Source: Terriglobia bacterium (GTDB lineage: Bacteria > Acidobacteriota > Terriglobia > 20CM-2-55-15). Taken from it: 64,000 bases of DNA. Shown here in pieces: positions 41,519-51,801 of the stretch. The notes beneath the pieces are model-generated. The model was not told the DNA's origin, did not search any database, and saw only the letters and a list, made by a program, of their open reading frames with translations. The stretch is from contig CBDAOY010000008.1 in the NCBI GenBank assembly GCA_965198225.1, positions 1,088,001 to 1,152,000 on the forward strand. Reading direction: 5' to 3'. The translations under genes and the position numbers were made by a program. The first letter of the stretch is position 1. Every line of letters begins with the position of its first letter.

Positions 41519-42562
41519 TCAAGGCTGGACGAACGCGCCTTTCGGGATGGTCCCCAGGCTGCGGGCGACGGCCGTGCGACCGTATGCGTTCGAAATCCAG
41601 TTCTCAAATAAGGCAGGAATTCCGCTGGACTGACCTGGATCCGGGCCGCTCATCGCGTGGAAGTGAAGGTGGGGCTCGATGGAGTCTCCCGAGTTGCCGA
41701 CCTCCCCGATGACGTCGCCGGCAGAAACACTGTCTCCGACACCGACCTTCATCCCGCTGGGCGTCATGTGGGCGTAATAGGTGTATTGTTCGTCGTCATG
41801 CCGGATGACGATTGCGTTGCCGCCCGGAGTCGCGGGCATGGCCTGACCGGGAACGTTCTCGGGAACGTTGTTCCGCATATAGACGACTTCCCCGTCCCCG
41901 GCTGCCAGAACCGGCTCGCGGTAGGCGTAGTACTCGCTGTTGCGGGAGCCGTTTCCCTGGTAGCTCTTCCCGCCTGACCCGATCACCAGGAAATCGTAGG
42001 CGAACGCTTCGGGCACGAAGCGTTTGTGGGAATCGAGGAACCCGTGCTCTTCCGCCACGTACCATGTCCCGTTGAACGGCAGCCGGCCGACGAATCCCTC
42101 CGAGGAACGAACCGGCGCCGATATTTTCTCCACTTCAGCCGTCTCTCCCGCGGCAAACTCGCTCTCGACGATCAGGGTCTGCCCAATCAGACCCGCAGGC
42201 AGGTCCAGAAACACGTCGGACAAGGACTTCCTCTGGTCTGCCTCCAGCACGAGGGTCCCCGAGGGTGTCCGTTCTATCCGGCGGCGTTCCATGGCGTTGT
42301 CGAAAAGCGCGATCAAGGCGGGCCCGGAGAACTGTCCCGACACCACCCCGCCCGATGTCCCGACCAGATCGAAGCGGATCCACCGGATCTCGATCGGGCG
42401 AGCCGACACGTTGTGGAAGATGACGTGGAAGAAGACGCGGTTGACCGGCACGATTCCGCCACCGAGTTCTTCGACGTGGATCGCGTCGGGCCGAACGATG
42501 ATGTCCAGGTCCTGGGCGAAGCCGGAAACAGCGAGTAGCAGGATCAGTATCGATACACGCAT
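41519..42562 (-). CDS. M23 metallopeptidase
   Basis: AYDF, YYAHM, GNSGDSIEPHLHF, signal peptide. Confidence 0.9.
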   Translation of the reverse strand: MRVSILILLLAVSGFAQDLDIIVRPDAIHVEELGGGIVPVNRVFFHVIFHNVSARPIEIRWIRFDLVGTSGGVVSGQFSGPALIALFDNAMERRRIERTPSGTLVLEADQRKSLSDVFLDLPAGLIGQTLIVESEFAAGETAEVEKISAPVRSSEGFVGRLPFNGTWYVAEEHGFLDSHKRFVPEAFAYDFLVIGSGGKSYQGNGSRNSEYYAYREPVLAAGDGEVVYMRNNVPENVPGQAMPATPGGNAIVIRHDDEQYTYYAHMTPSGMKVGVGDSVSAGDVIGEVGNSGDSIEPHLHFHAMSGPDPGQSSGIPALFENWISNAYGRTAVARSLGTIPKGAFVQP

Positions 42563-42731
42563 TGCGACTTGAGGCTAAGACATAGAAGTGATAAAAATCA
42601 ACCGTTTCACAGAACCAGCAGCCAGTTCGCCTACCGTGACACAACCGTCGACCGCGCGTCGCGGACGACAAAACGTGTCGCTGACGATCATGCCCGGCGG
42701 CCTGCGATACTTTCGACGGTCAGTGGGAGCG

Positions 42732-44423
42732 ATGATGAATGAAGATCGTTTGCGAAGACTTCTGAAAAAGCGGGGAGTCCTCTACCCCGTCAACCATCCG
42801 CTTCCGAGCCAGACCCGAACCCGACAGATCGGTCGAAGAGAGTTCGTCAAGATGACCGGCGCCGCCGGCGCCGTCCTCGCTGTCGGACCCGGTAGCTTCG
42901 GGTGCCACCCGTCCACGCCGCCGGTAAGCGGAAGCGGACCGGCTCCGGACGCCGCGGAGCGAGATCTAGCGCTGCTCGCGCTCGACGAGGCGCGATCGGC
43001 CGGCGCCGGCTATGTCGATGTCCGCATCTCCCGGCACCGGAACGAATCTGTCAGTACGCGCGAACAACGGATCACGAACGTCAGCAAGAGCGATTCCTAC
43101 GGAATCGGTGTTCGGGCGCTCGTCGGAGGATCCTGGGGATTCTCCGCAACACGGGATCTCAGTCGTGACGCCGTGACGGCAGCGGCCCGGGAAGCGGCTT
43201 CCATCGCCGCGTCGAACGATCGGATCGCTCCAGCAAGAACATTGCTCGCTCCCGTGGATCCGGTTCCCGACGGCCGGTGGGTCACGCCGCATGAGATCGA
43301 TCCGTTCGATGTCCCGATCGAAGAAAAGGCCAACCTGCTCTTCAGCGCGAATGCAGCAGCCATGAGCGTCGATGGCGTCGGTTTTGTCTCCTCCAACATC
43401 GGCTCGGTGAAGGAAAGTCGCCTTGTCGCGACAAGCGAAGGGTCCGTCATCCAGCAAACCTTCATCCGGATGAACCCGAGCATGAACATCACCGCCGTCT
43501 CATCGGATCGCTCCGACTTTCAAAGCCGCGGGCGCGTGGTGGAACCGGGTGGGCGCGGCTGGGAGTACGTGACGGGAATCGACTTACCCGGTAATGCCCC
43601 GCGTTGGGCCGAGGAAGCCGTCATGAAGTTGACCGCACCTTCGGTCGAACCCGGAACCTGGGACCTGATTCTGCACCCGTCGAACTTGTGGCTGACGATT
43701 CACGAATCGATCGCGCACCCGACGGAACTGGATCGGACCCTGGGTTACGAGGCCAACTATGCCGGCACGTCGTTCATCTTCCCGCCCGAAGAAGCGCTCA
43801 ACAACCTCCGGTTGGGCCAGGACTTCGTGACGTTTATGGGAAACCGGACCGAGGAGGGCGGATGCGCAACCGTCGGTTGGGACGACGAGGGCGTTCCGGC
43901 TACCTCGTGGCCCATCATCGACAAGGGCATCTTCGTCAACTACCAGACAACGCGAGAGCAGGCCGGGTGGATCGCCGAACAGACCGGCATCACCCAAAGC
44001 CTGGGGTGCGCTTACGGAATGAACTGGTCGAGCATTCCGTTCCAGAGGATGCCAAACGTCAGCCTGATGCCGGGAGAACAGGACCTGAGTGAAGACGACA
44101 TCATCGCCGCCACTGATCGCGGCATCATGGTCGAGGGGAGGGGATCCTACTCGATCGATCAGCAGCGGTACAACTTCCAGTTTGCCGGGCAGGTGTTCTG
44201 GGAGATTCGGAACGGCAAGAAGTACCAGATGCTCCGGGACGTCGCCTACCAGGGCCGGACGCCCGAGTTCTGGAACTCGATGTCCCTGATCGGCGGCCCG
44301 AGCACCTACTACCTTGGTACTTCCTTCGGCGATGCCAAGGGCCAGCCCGGTCAGTCCAACGCCGTCTCACACGGATGCCCCATCGCGCTGTTCCGCGACG
44401 TCAACATTCTCAACACCGCATAG
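42732..44423 (+). CDS. tldD: TldD-family protease with Tat-like leader
   Basis: RREFVK, HESIAH, DDEG, RMPN, SHGCP. Confidence 0.88.
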   Translation: MMNEDRLRRLLKKRGVLYPVNHPLPSQTRTRQIGRREFVKMTGAAGAVLAVGPGSFGCHPSTPPVSGSGPAPDAAERDLALLALDEARSAGAGYVDVRISRHRNESVSTREQRITNVSKSDSYGIGVRALVGGSWGFSATRDLSRDAVTAAAREAASIAASNDRIAPARTLLAPVDPVPDGRWVTPHEIDPFDVPIEEKANLLFSANAAAMSVDGVGFVSSNIGSVKESRLVATSEGSVIQQTFIRMNPSMNITAVSSDRSDFQSRGRVVEPGGRGWEYVTGIDLPGNAPRWAEEAVMKLTAPSVEPGTWDLILHPSNLWLTIHESIAHPTELDRTLGYEANYAGTSFIFPPEEALNNLRLGQDFVTFMGNRTEEGGCATVGWDDEGVPATSWPIIDKGIFVNYQTTREQAGWIAEQTGITQSLGCAYGMNWSSIPFQRMPNVSLMPGEQDLSEDDIIAATDRGIMVEGRGSYSIDQQRYNFQFAGQVFWEIRNGKKYQMLRDVAYQGRTPEFWNSMSLIGGPSTYYLGTSFGDAKGQPGQSNAVSHGCPIALFRDVNILNTA

Positions 44424-44607
44424 CCCGGATTATTCATGGATTGTCTACTGCAGCGGCGGATACACTCGCAGATACGGCGTTGCGCTAACGGGTCGGCCTC
44501 GGCATTCGATCCAGACACGCCGTCCTCGCGCGCCTTGTCTCTGCGGCGTCTCCACCGCTTCGCGACGATTGGGCGGAACCACGAATAATCCGGGCTAGGG
44601 AGAAGAC

Positions 44608-45996
44608 ATGAGCCGATTCCAGTCTGAAGGGTCCGCTCGCCACGGACTGTCCGCCGACAAAGCGCGGGAGCTGTGCGAACTCGTTCTCAGCCTCTCCGGG
44701 GCGGATCACGCACGCGTGAACCTGAACTCAGGCTGGCGAGGCTTCACACGGACCGCCATGAACCGCATCACGACGGCCGGGGGCACCAGGGACACCACGG
44801 TTCAGGTCACAAGTGTTTTCGGGAAGCGTGTGGCGCGCGTGACCACGAACAACCTCGAGAGAAGCGGGCTGGAACAGGCCGTTAAAGAGTCCGAAGCTTT
44901 GGCAAGGATCTCGCCCGAGGATCCCGAGTACCTGCCCGAACTCGAACAGCAGGAATACGTCGAGGTGGAGGGATACTACCCGGCGACGGGCGACCTGGCT
45001 CCCGAGACGCGGGCAACGTCGATGGCCCTGGCGCTGGACGCAGCGAAAGGGTCCAACACGATCGCGGCCGGGTTCATCGCGGCCGGGTTCATGGACGTCC
45101 GCGCCGGCGCCCGTGCCGTCGCCACGTCAAACGGGCTCTTCGCCTACCACGCGTCGACCGGCGTGGCTTCGACCCTCACCGTGCGCACGCCGGACGGACA
45201 ATCCTCCGGCTGGGCCGGCGACGAAGCAGCCGATTGGACGTCGATCGAATCGGAGCGGGTTGCCGAAGACGCCGTGCGGAAATGCCTGGACTGGCGCGGC
45301 AAAACGTCGCTCGAACCGGGGGAGTACGATGTCGTCCTCGAACCGACCGCCGTGGGAATGTTGATGCGAAACATGCGGAACGTCTTCAATGCCCGGACGG
45401 CCGACGAGGGTCGTTCCTATTTCTCCAAGCGCGGAGGCGGCACGCGACTGGGCGAGAGGGTCTTCGATACGAAAGTCACGATCCAGAGCAGTCCCAAAGC
45501 TCAGGACGCCGAGACCAGCCCGTTCACCGGCGACGGTGCCCCGGTTCGACCCGAAGTGTGGGTCGACAACGGCACTCTGCGGGCGCTCTCCTACAGCCGC
45601 TCGTGGGCCGACCGGCAGGGTGTCGAGCCCAGAGCGACACCGCAGAATCTGATCATGTCGGGCGGCGATGCGACCGTCGAGGAAATGATCGCGTCGATCC
45701 GACGCGGGGTCCTGATCACACGTTTCTGGTACATCCGGGGCCTGAACCCAAGGACCATTTCCTACACCGGGTTGACTCGGGACGGCACGTTCCTGATCGA
45801 GAACGGAAGGATCAGCCGGCCGGTCACGAACTTCCGCTTCAACCAATCGATGGTGTCGCTGCTCCAGAACGTCGAGATGTTTGGTAGACCGACCCGGGTG
45901 GCCGCGAGCGAAAACAGCTCCGTTTCGGCACCGATCGTCGTCCCCGCGCTGAAGGTTCGCGGATTCAACCTGGCCAGCGTGAGCGACGCAATCTAG
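44608..45996 (+). CDS. TldE/PmbA-family partner
   Basis: ADEGRS, TGLTRDG, NFRFN; no HExxxH. Confidence 0.85.
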   Translation: MSRFQSEGSARHGLSADKARELCELVLSLSGADHARVNLNSGWRGFTRTAMNRITTAGGTRDTTVQVTSVFGKRVARVTTNNLERSGLEQAVKESEALARISPEDPEYLPELEQQEYVEVEGYYPATGDLAPETRATSMALALDAAKGSNTIAAGFIAAGFMDVRAGARAVATSNGLFAYHASTGVASTLTVRTPDGQSSGWAGDEAADWTSIESERVAEDAVRKCLDWRGKTSLEPGEYDVVLEPTAVGMLMRNMRNVFNARTADEGRSYFSKRGGGTRLGERVFDTKVTIQSSPKAQDAETSPFTGDGAPVRPEVWVDNGTLRALSYSRSWADRQGVEPRATPQNLIMSGGDATVEEMIASIRRGVLITRFWYIRGLNPRTISYTGLTRDGTFLIENGRISRPVTNFRFNQSMVSLLQNVEMFGRPTRVAASENSSVSAPIVVPALKVRGFNLASVSDAI

Positions 45997-46066
45997 GGGG
46001 CAGAGCCCCCATTAACCTGATTCGTTATTCAGCTATCCCAGTCTTGACGACGTAACTCTGGCTCGG

Positions 46067-47305
46067 CTAGAAGCGCCCGGGATCGAACGCTCTCAAATCC
46101 TCCTCCGAGCGCCCTTCGACAACGAGTTCCGCCAACGCTGAACCCGTGCTGAGCGCCAGCGTGACCCCCAACATCGCGTGTCCCGTGGCCACATACACGT
46201 TCGAACGACCAGGCAGCCGACCGATGACCGGCAATCCATCCGGAGTGATCGGCCGCATCCCGACCCAGTCGGTGCGGCGTGTCCCCTCCAGGGCGCGCGG
46301 CACGTAGCGTCCGACCGATCGCTCCAGCGTCGCTATGCGCCTTCGATCGAATGTCTGGTTGACACCGGAGAGTTCCATCGTGCCCGCAATTCGAGAGGCC
46401 CCCTGATACGGCGTGCATCCCATCTTCGCCTCGGCCAGGTAGAGCGGGTGCCGTAGTGGAACGGCCGGGTCGCGGACCGTAATGCTATAGCCTTTGCCCG
46501 CCTGCACGGGGAGGCGGTAACCGCACCGCGCAGTAAGACGGCCGGACCAGGCTCCGGCGGCGATCACGAACGCGTCCGCCTCGATCCGGCCATCAGAGCT
46601 CACGAACGCCGCCACACGCTCGCCCGACCGCGTCACGTCCTGGATTTCGACGCCCTCACGAATTTCGATTCCGGCTTTTTTCACCCAAGCCTCCAGGCCG
46701 GCGCACAGAGTCTCCGGCCGGACGTGCCGGTCTCCTTCCAGGTGGACACCCCCGAACAAATCGTTCGTGACCCCCGGCTCGAATTCCTTGAGCTCGGCGC
46801 CCGACAGCGTCCTGGCGGGTTTGTATCCGTAGCGCTCCAGCGGGCGGAGTTCCTGAACCACCTCGTCTCGTGCCTCCTGGGTCCTGAACAGGTACAGCAA
46901 CCCCTTCTCGTCCATCTCGAACGCCACGCCGTCTTCGACAAGCTGATCGAGAAGCGGCATCGCGGTCTGGCCGAACGCGGCGATCGCGTGGAAGCCCGCT
47001 TCGTGATCCCTTGGATTACAGTGTCCTCGGAACTGCCACAGCCAGCCAAACAGCGACGGGATCGCGGCCGGTTTGATGTAGAGGGGGCTGTCGGATCGAA
47101 TCAGCCAGCGGAGGGACTTCAGAGTCAGTCCGGGAGCCGGTACGGGCCCGGCATGAGACGGAACGATCCATCCGAGGTTCCCTGCAGAACAGGCAGCGCC
47201 GACCCTGCCCTTGTCGATGACGACTACATCGGCACCGCGCCTCCGCAGGCAGTATGCGGCTGCGAGCCCGATGACTCCGCCACCGATGACTGCCACCCGG
47301 GACAT
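46067..47305 (-). CDS. FAD-dependent D-amino acid dehydrogenase (DadA-like)
   Basis: GGGVIG, SAGNLG, GKGYS, GMRPITPDGLP, GH..LG. Confidence 0.88.
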   Translation of the reverse strand: MSRVAVIGGGVIGLAAAYCLRRRGADVVVIDKGRVGAACSAGNLGWIVPSHAGPVPAPGLTLKSLRWLIRSDSPLYIKPAAIPSLFGWLWQFRGHCNPRDHEAGFHAIAAFGQTAMPLLDQLVEDGVAFEMDEKGLLYLFRTQEARDEVVQELRPLERYGYKPARTLSGAELKEFEPGVTNDLFGGVHLEGDRHVRPETLCAGLEAWVKKAGIEIREGVEIQDVTRSGERVAAFVSSDGRIEADAFVIAAGAWSGRLTARCGYRLPVQAGKGYSITVRDPAVPLRHPLYLAEAKMGCTPYQGASRIAGTMELSGVNQTFDRRRIATLERSVGRYVPRALEGTRRTDWVGMRPITPDGLPVIGRLPGRSNVYVATGHAMLGVTLALSTGSALAELVVEGRSEEDLRAFDPGRF

Positions 47306-47306
47306 G

Positions 47307-48440
47307 CTAAGGGCCGGCCTTTACCGTGGCGCTCCGACGCTCGTCGTTCGTCGCCCGTTGCTCCCGGCACACCTTCCAGACACCCCAGGTCAGCACCGGA
47401 ATGACGAAGATCGCCAGAAACACCCATGCCATCGCACCGTAGCCGCGGGCGATCAGGTCGATGAGCCCGACGCGAGCCATCAGCGCGGCGAAGGCCAGAA
47501 GCGCGACGGCGCTGACCGAGCGCATTGATCGCGGTAGTTCGCGCCCCTTCTCTTCGAAGCTGCGGGCCAGCCGTTCATTCACGGCGTGAATCATCGCGGT
47601 GCCCGTCTCGATCAGGGTTCCGAAGAGGGCGATTCCAAAAATCACCGAAAGGGTGTTGGATCCGATGAGTTCCAGCAGGAAAGTCACCGGAACCGCGCGA
47701 TCGAGCACCGCGGGATACTGTCCGATCATGGCAATGTAGAACAGGACTGCGGGAATGATCGCTATTGGGCCGGCCAGGATGCCCGCGATGACGGTGTCGC
47801 GCCGCGAGGTCGCGTGGCGAAGCGTAAACAGAACCGACGCGATGACCGCCAGGCTGTACCCCGCATACTGCACACCGCCGATCCACCACCCCCGCTTGAT
47901 CTCTCCGGTCGCGAGAACGGCACGGATGTCGCCGCCGAACGTCGCGAACGCCCATACGAACATGACGATGTAAACCGCGTACAGCAGGAACGACCAGCCG
48001 GCCAGAAACTTCTCGATCGATCCACTTCCGAGGCAAACCAGCAGACCTACTGCGGCCATCATACCGAGTGCCCCTACAGCGTACGGAAGTCCCATACCGT
48101 CTTGAAGCATCGTTCCGGCCGTCGCACCGATCACGGCCAGGACGATGAGCATCAGGAGGATGTAGGCTACTTCGAAAAGGATCCATCCCGGCCCGAGGAG
48201 TTTCAGGAAGAAGGTCCTGTAGTCGAAGACGCGAAAAACGCGGGCGAACTCGAAGCTGGCCACGTTCACCACGCTCCAGATCGCGGTGGTGACGAAGACC
48301 ATGCTGAGCAGCCCGCCCAGCGGCCCGTAGGCCATGAAGAACTCGACGAGTTCCCGCCCTGTTCCGTACCCGCCGGCGATGATGACGGACTGAAACACGA
48401 AGCCCGGAAGCAGGTAGCGCTGGAACCAGCTGGATTTCAT
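47307..48440 (-). CDS. YkvI-like membrane transporter
   Basis: GGYGTGRELVEFF, about 10 TM segments. Confidence 0.8.
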   Translation of the reverse strand: MKSSWFQRYLLPGFVFQSVIIAGGYGTGRELVEFFMAYGPLGGLLSMVFVTTAIWSVVNVASFEFARVFRVFDYRTFFLKLLGPGWILFEVAYILLMLIVLAVIGATAGTMLQDGMGLPYAVGALGMMAAVGLLVCLGSGSIEKFLAGWSFLLYAVYIVMFVWAFATFGGDIRAVLATGEIKRGWWIGGVQYAGYSLAVIASVLFTLRHATSRRDTVIAGILAGPIAIIPAVLFYIAMIGQYPAVLDRAVPVTFLLELIGSNTLSVIFGIALFGTLIETGTAMIHAVNERLARSFEEKGRELPRSMRSVSAVALLAFAALMARVGLIDLIARGYGAMAWVFLAIFVIPVLTWGVWKVCREQRATNDERRSATVKAGP

Positions 48441-48454
48441 CGGCGGATCCGACA

Positions 48455-48732
48455 CTAGTGGCCTGTAACGGAGATATCGGCACTATCGCCGATGGGTCTT
48501 GCCAGTCGAGGTCGAGGAGAGAGGAGGAATTGATGCGGTTTCATCATGACGACGAACGACAAAGAGATCGACGGCAACCCCCATCGGCCCGGAGGGTTGC
48601 GGCGGAACGGCACCGTCTTCGTTGCCGCTACCATTTCTTTGTAAGACCCGCTTCTCACGGGTTGTCGGCTCCTAGAATCCGGTGCCGTTCCACCGCAACG
48701 CTGGTACCGATATCTCCGTTGCAGGCCACTAG
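48455..48732. mobile_element. MITE with IS630-like termini (278 bp)
   Basis: CTAGTGGCCTGTAACGGAGATATCGG..CCGATATCTCCGTTGCAGGCCACTAG. Confidence 0.85.
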
Positions 48733-48733
48733 A

Positions 48734-49900
48734 TCACGAGCCCCAGACCTGCCGGAACACGCGCAGCCAGTTCTCGCCCAGCATCTTGTCCAACTCGACT
48801 TCCGTCCAGCCGCGGCCCCGGAGTCCTTCGATCAGGTTGGGCAGTTCGGAGATATCCGCATAACCCTCGACCGTCTGCCCGACGCCCTTGTCCTTGGAAT
48901 CCGGCGGAAAGGCGACGGAGTCTTCCGGCTCCATGGGCAAAGTTTCGGCCCAGCCCCAGATGAAATCCGGACCCAGGGCCAGATGGTCCACACCGACCAG
49001 TCGCTTTCCGTGATCGTAGTGATCCAACAACAGACCGAGCTTCGCGCGCGGGCTTCGTGGTCCGTGAACTTTCGCCGTTTCCGGATTGCGGACGAGAAAG
49101 TCGCTCATTGTCGTCAGACCGATCACTCCACCGGTCGCCGCGATCGCTTCAGCGAGGCGATCCGAGATGCAACGCATGTTGTTGTTCAGAGCGGCAAAAT
49201 TCGTGTGCGTGCAGACAGCGATCTCCCCGCCGGACACCTCGATCGCATCCAGGCTCGTACGCTCACCGGTATGACCACCCACATCGAGCACGATGTTGTG
49301 ACGGTGGATCTCCTCAACCAGGCGTCTCCCCGCCCGCGTGAGCGGGACTGCGTGGTCCAGGCACCCGCTGCCGAAGACGTTGTACGTGTTGTAGCAGATG
49401 CCTTGAATTCTCAAGCCGAGCGCTCTGTAGGTTTGAAGCCCGTCGGCAAGCAGACGCAGGCTACCCAGCGGTTGCCTCGCCATCACCAGATCCAGACCGT
49501 TGCTCGAGAACGGTCCTCCGGCCGCCTGGGCGCCAAGGACGAACGAGATCTTACCCTCACGATGAGCGCGACGTATTTCCTCAACAGTTCCCGCGATCAC
49601 GATCCTATCGCGACGGGCATCGACGAAACCGTGGAGTTCGGCAAATGTGTCCAGGCCTCCCATGCTCTTGTGGACGCAGTGCGCGCCCCCTTTGCGGATC
49701 AACTCCAGGTACTCGTCGTTGATGATCGACGTGTCGAGACCGTCGACCACGAGCCGGCCGGCTCCTGCCTGAGCCTCGGCTCTCGCAGGCCAGAGTCCAC
49801 GGATTCCGAGGAGTCCTGCCGCGGCCATCCCTGCTGCGCCTCCAAGGAACGAGCGACGCGTTACGCCTTTCTCCGTGTCGGTCGGATGCGATGTGTTCAT
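48734..49900 (-). CDS. Tat-exported M19 membrane dipeptidase-like protein
   Basis: TRRSFL, GIC YN..GSGC, HTN..RCISD, LGPDF, LGENWLRV. Confidence 0.85.
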   Translation of the reverse strand: MNTSHPTDTEKGVTRRSFLGGAAGMAAAGLLGIRGLWPARAEAQAGAGRLVVDGLDTSIINDEYLELIRKGGAHCVHKSMGGLDTFAELHGFVDARRDRIVIAGTVEEIRRAHREGKISFVLGAQAAGGPFSSNGLDLVMARQPLGSLRLLADGLQTYRALGLRIQGICYNTYNVFGSGCLDHAVPLTRAGRRLVEEIHRHNIVLDVGGHTGERTSLDAIEVSGGEIAVCTHTNFAALNNNMRCISDRLAEAIAATGGVIGLTTMSDFLVRNPETAKVHGPRSPRAKLGLLLDHYDHGKRLVGVDHLALGPDFIWGWAETLPMEPEDSVAFPPDSKDKGVGQTVEGYADISELPNLIEGLRGRGWTEVELDKMLGENWLRVFRQVWGS

Positions 49901-49968
49901 GAAACCCTCCGCTGAAGGATCGAATAATAGGAACAATTTCGACTGCCCCTATTCTATCTCCTGTTTTT

Positions 49969-50976
49969 TCAAGTACTTACTGCGCGGACCGTCGGTTGGT
50001 CGTGCCCCAGGATTGGGTGAGGCACGTAGGGCGCCTCCAGCCGCTCGATCTCTTCGCCGTTCAACTCCACATCCAAGGCCGCCACCGCGTCGTCGATGTA
50101 CTCCACCTTCGTCGTGCCGATGATCGGTGCCGTCACGGCCGGAACGGAGAGCAGCCAGGCAAAAGCGACCTGGGCCGGCTTGATTCCCTGCTGCCCGGCA
50201 ACCTCCAGGACTGCGTCGAGAACTTGGAAGTCTGTCTCCGCGAAGTACATGTCGTCCGCAAAACCGTCGGCCTTCGAGCGTGGGGTGTTTTGTTCCCCAC
50301 CCCGGCTTCGGCTGCCGGTGAGGAAACCCCGCGCGAGCGGGCTCCATGGAATGACCCCCACACCCTGGTCCATACACAGGGGAATCATCTCCCGTTCTTC
50401 TTCCCGGTAGACCAGGTTGTAGTGGTTCTGCATCGACACGAACCGATGCCAGCCGTGCTCACCCGCGACATACAACGCTCGCGAAAACTGCCAGGCCGCC
50501 ATGCTGCTCGCGCCCACGTACCGCACTTTTCCGGCCCGAACGAGTGAATCCAGCGCTTCGGTGACTTCCTCGACCGGGGAGTTCGGATCCCATCGGTGGA
50601 TCTGGTACAGGTCGATGAAGTCGGTACCCAAGCGTTTGAGCGACGCATCACAAGCCTCGAGGACGTGCTTGCGTGACAGCCCGCTCCGATTGGGCCCTTC
50701 GTGGACCGGAAAGTGGACCTTCGAAGCCAGGACATAATCGTCACGCGAGGCCATTTCGCCCAGAGCGCGTCCCGTGACTTCCTCGCTGACACCCAGCGAG
50801 TACATGTCCGCGGTGTCGAAGAAATTGATGCCGTGCTCCAGAGCGCGTTCGAAATGCGGCCGGGCCGTTTCCTCGTCCAGAACCCAGGGTCGCCAGTTCG
50901 GGTCACCGTAAGACATACAACCGAGGCAGATTCGGGAGACTTCCAGTCCGGTGTTACCGAGTCGTGTGTATTTCAT
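49969..50976 (-). CDS. Aldo/keto reductase
   Basis: LGCMS, FFDTADMY, DLYQIH, WSPLARG. Confidence 0.95.
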   Translation of the reverse strand: MKYTRLGNTGLEVSRICLGCMSYGDPNWRPWVLDEETARPHFERALEHGINFFDTADMYSLGVSEEVTGRALGEMASRDDYVLASKVHFPVHEGPNRSGLSRKHVLEACDASLKRLGTDFIDLYQIHRWDPNSPVEEVTEALDSLVRAGKVRYVGASSMAAWQFSRALYVAGEHGWHRFVSMQNHYNLVYREEEREMIPLCMDQGVGVIPWSPLARGFLTGSRSRGGEQNTPRSKADGFADDMYFAETDFQVLDAVLEVAGQQGIKPAQVAFAWLLSVPAVTAPIIGTTKVEYIDDAVAALDVELNGEEIERLEAPYVPHPILGHDQPTVRAVST

Positions 50977-51012
50977 AGCTCTGACATCCTAAACGAAACC
51001 GCAGGTCTGGAA

Positions 51013-51042
51013 AAATAGGGACAGTCTCGACTGTCCCTATTT
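51013..51042. repeat. Perfect 14 bp inverted repeat between divergent genes
   Basis: AAATAGGGACAGTC-TC-GACTGTCCCTATTT. Confidence 0.75.
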
Positions 51043-51066
51043 CTTATCCGTTAGAATGAAGGAGCC

Positions 51067-51798
51067 TTGAAGGATTTACCCAAACTTTACGGTGAGCTCG
51101 CCGAGTGGTTTCATCTTCTGACCGCCCCATCCAGCTACATCGAAGAAGCAAATTTCGTCAGGCGAACACTCGAAAAGTTCTGCGCCAACAACCCGCAAAC
51201 CCTGCTGGAACTCGGAAGCGGAGGCGGGAACAACGCATCGCATCTCAAGCAACGGTTTACGATGACGCTCGTCGATCGGTCGCCGGAGATGCTGGCGCTT
51301 AGCCAGGGCCTGAACCCGGAATGCGAACACATACGGGGAGACATGCGCAACGTCCGACTGGACAGGGTGTTCGATGCTGTCTTCATCCACGACGCCATCA
51401 TGTACATCACGACACCAGAGGATCTCCGCAGCGTCATGGAGACCGCGTACGCTCACTGCCGGGAGGGCGGCGCGGTTCACATCCTGCCCGACTGCATTCG
51501 CGAGAGCTTCGAGCCCAAAACCGAACATGGAGGCCATGACGGTGAGGGACGCGGTCTGCGGTACGTCAGTTGGGAACACGAACCGGACGAAGAGGACAGC
51601 ACCTACGTCGTCGATATGGGCTATCTGCTGCGAGAAGGAAACGGAGAGACCAAAGCGATCCACGACCGCCACATCCTTGGGCTCTTCTCCAAGGCGGAAT
51701 GGCTCGAGGTGATGAGCGAAGCAGGGTTTGCTGCCAGGGTGATGGCAGACGACCCGTACGGCCGTGACACTTTCGTCGGTGTCAAGCCGCGGGAGTGA
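51067..51798 (+). CDS. Class I SAM methyltransferase
   Basis: LLELGSGGG, GDMR, FDAV. Confidence 0.9.
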   Translation: MKDLPKLYGELAEWFHLLTAPSSYIEEANFVRRTLEKFCANNPQTLLELGSGGGNNASHLKQRFTMTLVDRSPEMLALSQGLNPECEHIRGDMRNVRLDRVFDAVFIHDAIMYITTPEDLRSVMETAYAHCREGGAVHILPDCIRESFEPKTEHGGHDGEGRGLRYVSWEHEPDEEDSTYVVDMGYLLREGNGETKAIHDRHILGLFSKAEWLEVMSEAGFAARVMADDPYGRDTFVGVKPRE

Positions 51799-51801
51799 TT
51801 C

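Noticed and set aside
48458-49915. 485 aa plus-strand ORF and similar long antisense ORFs (22797, 26936, 31272)
   Set aside because: GC-rich shadow frames opposite well-supported genes
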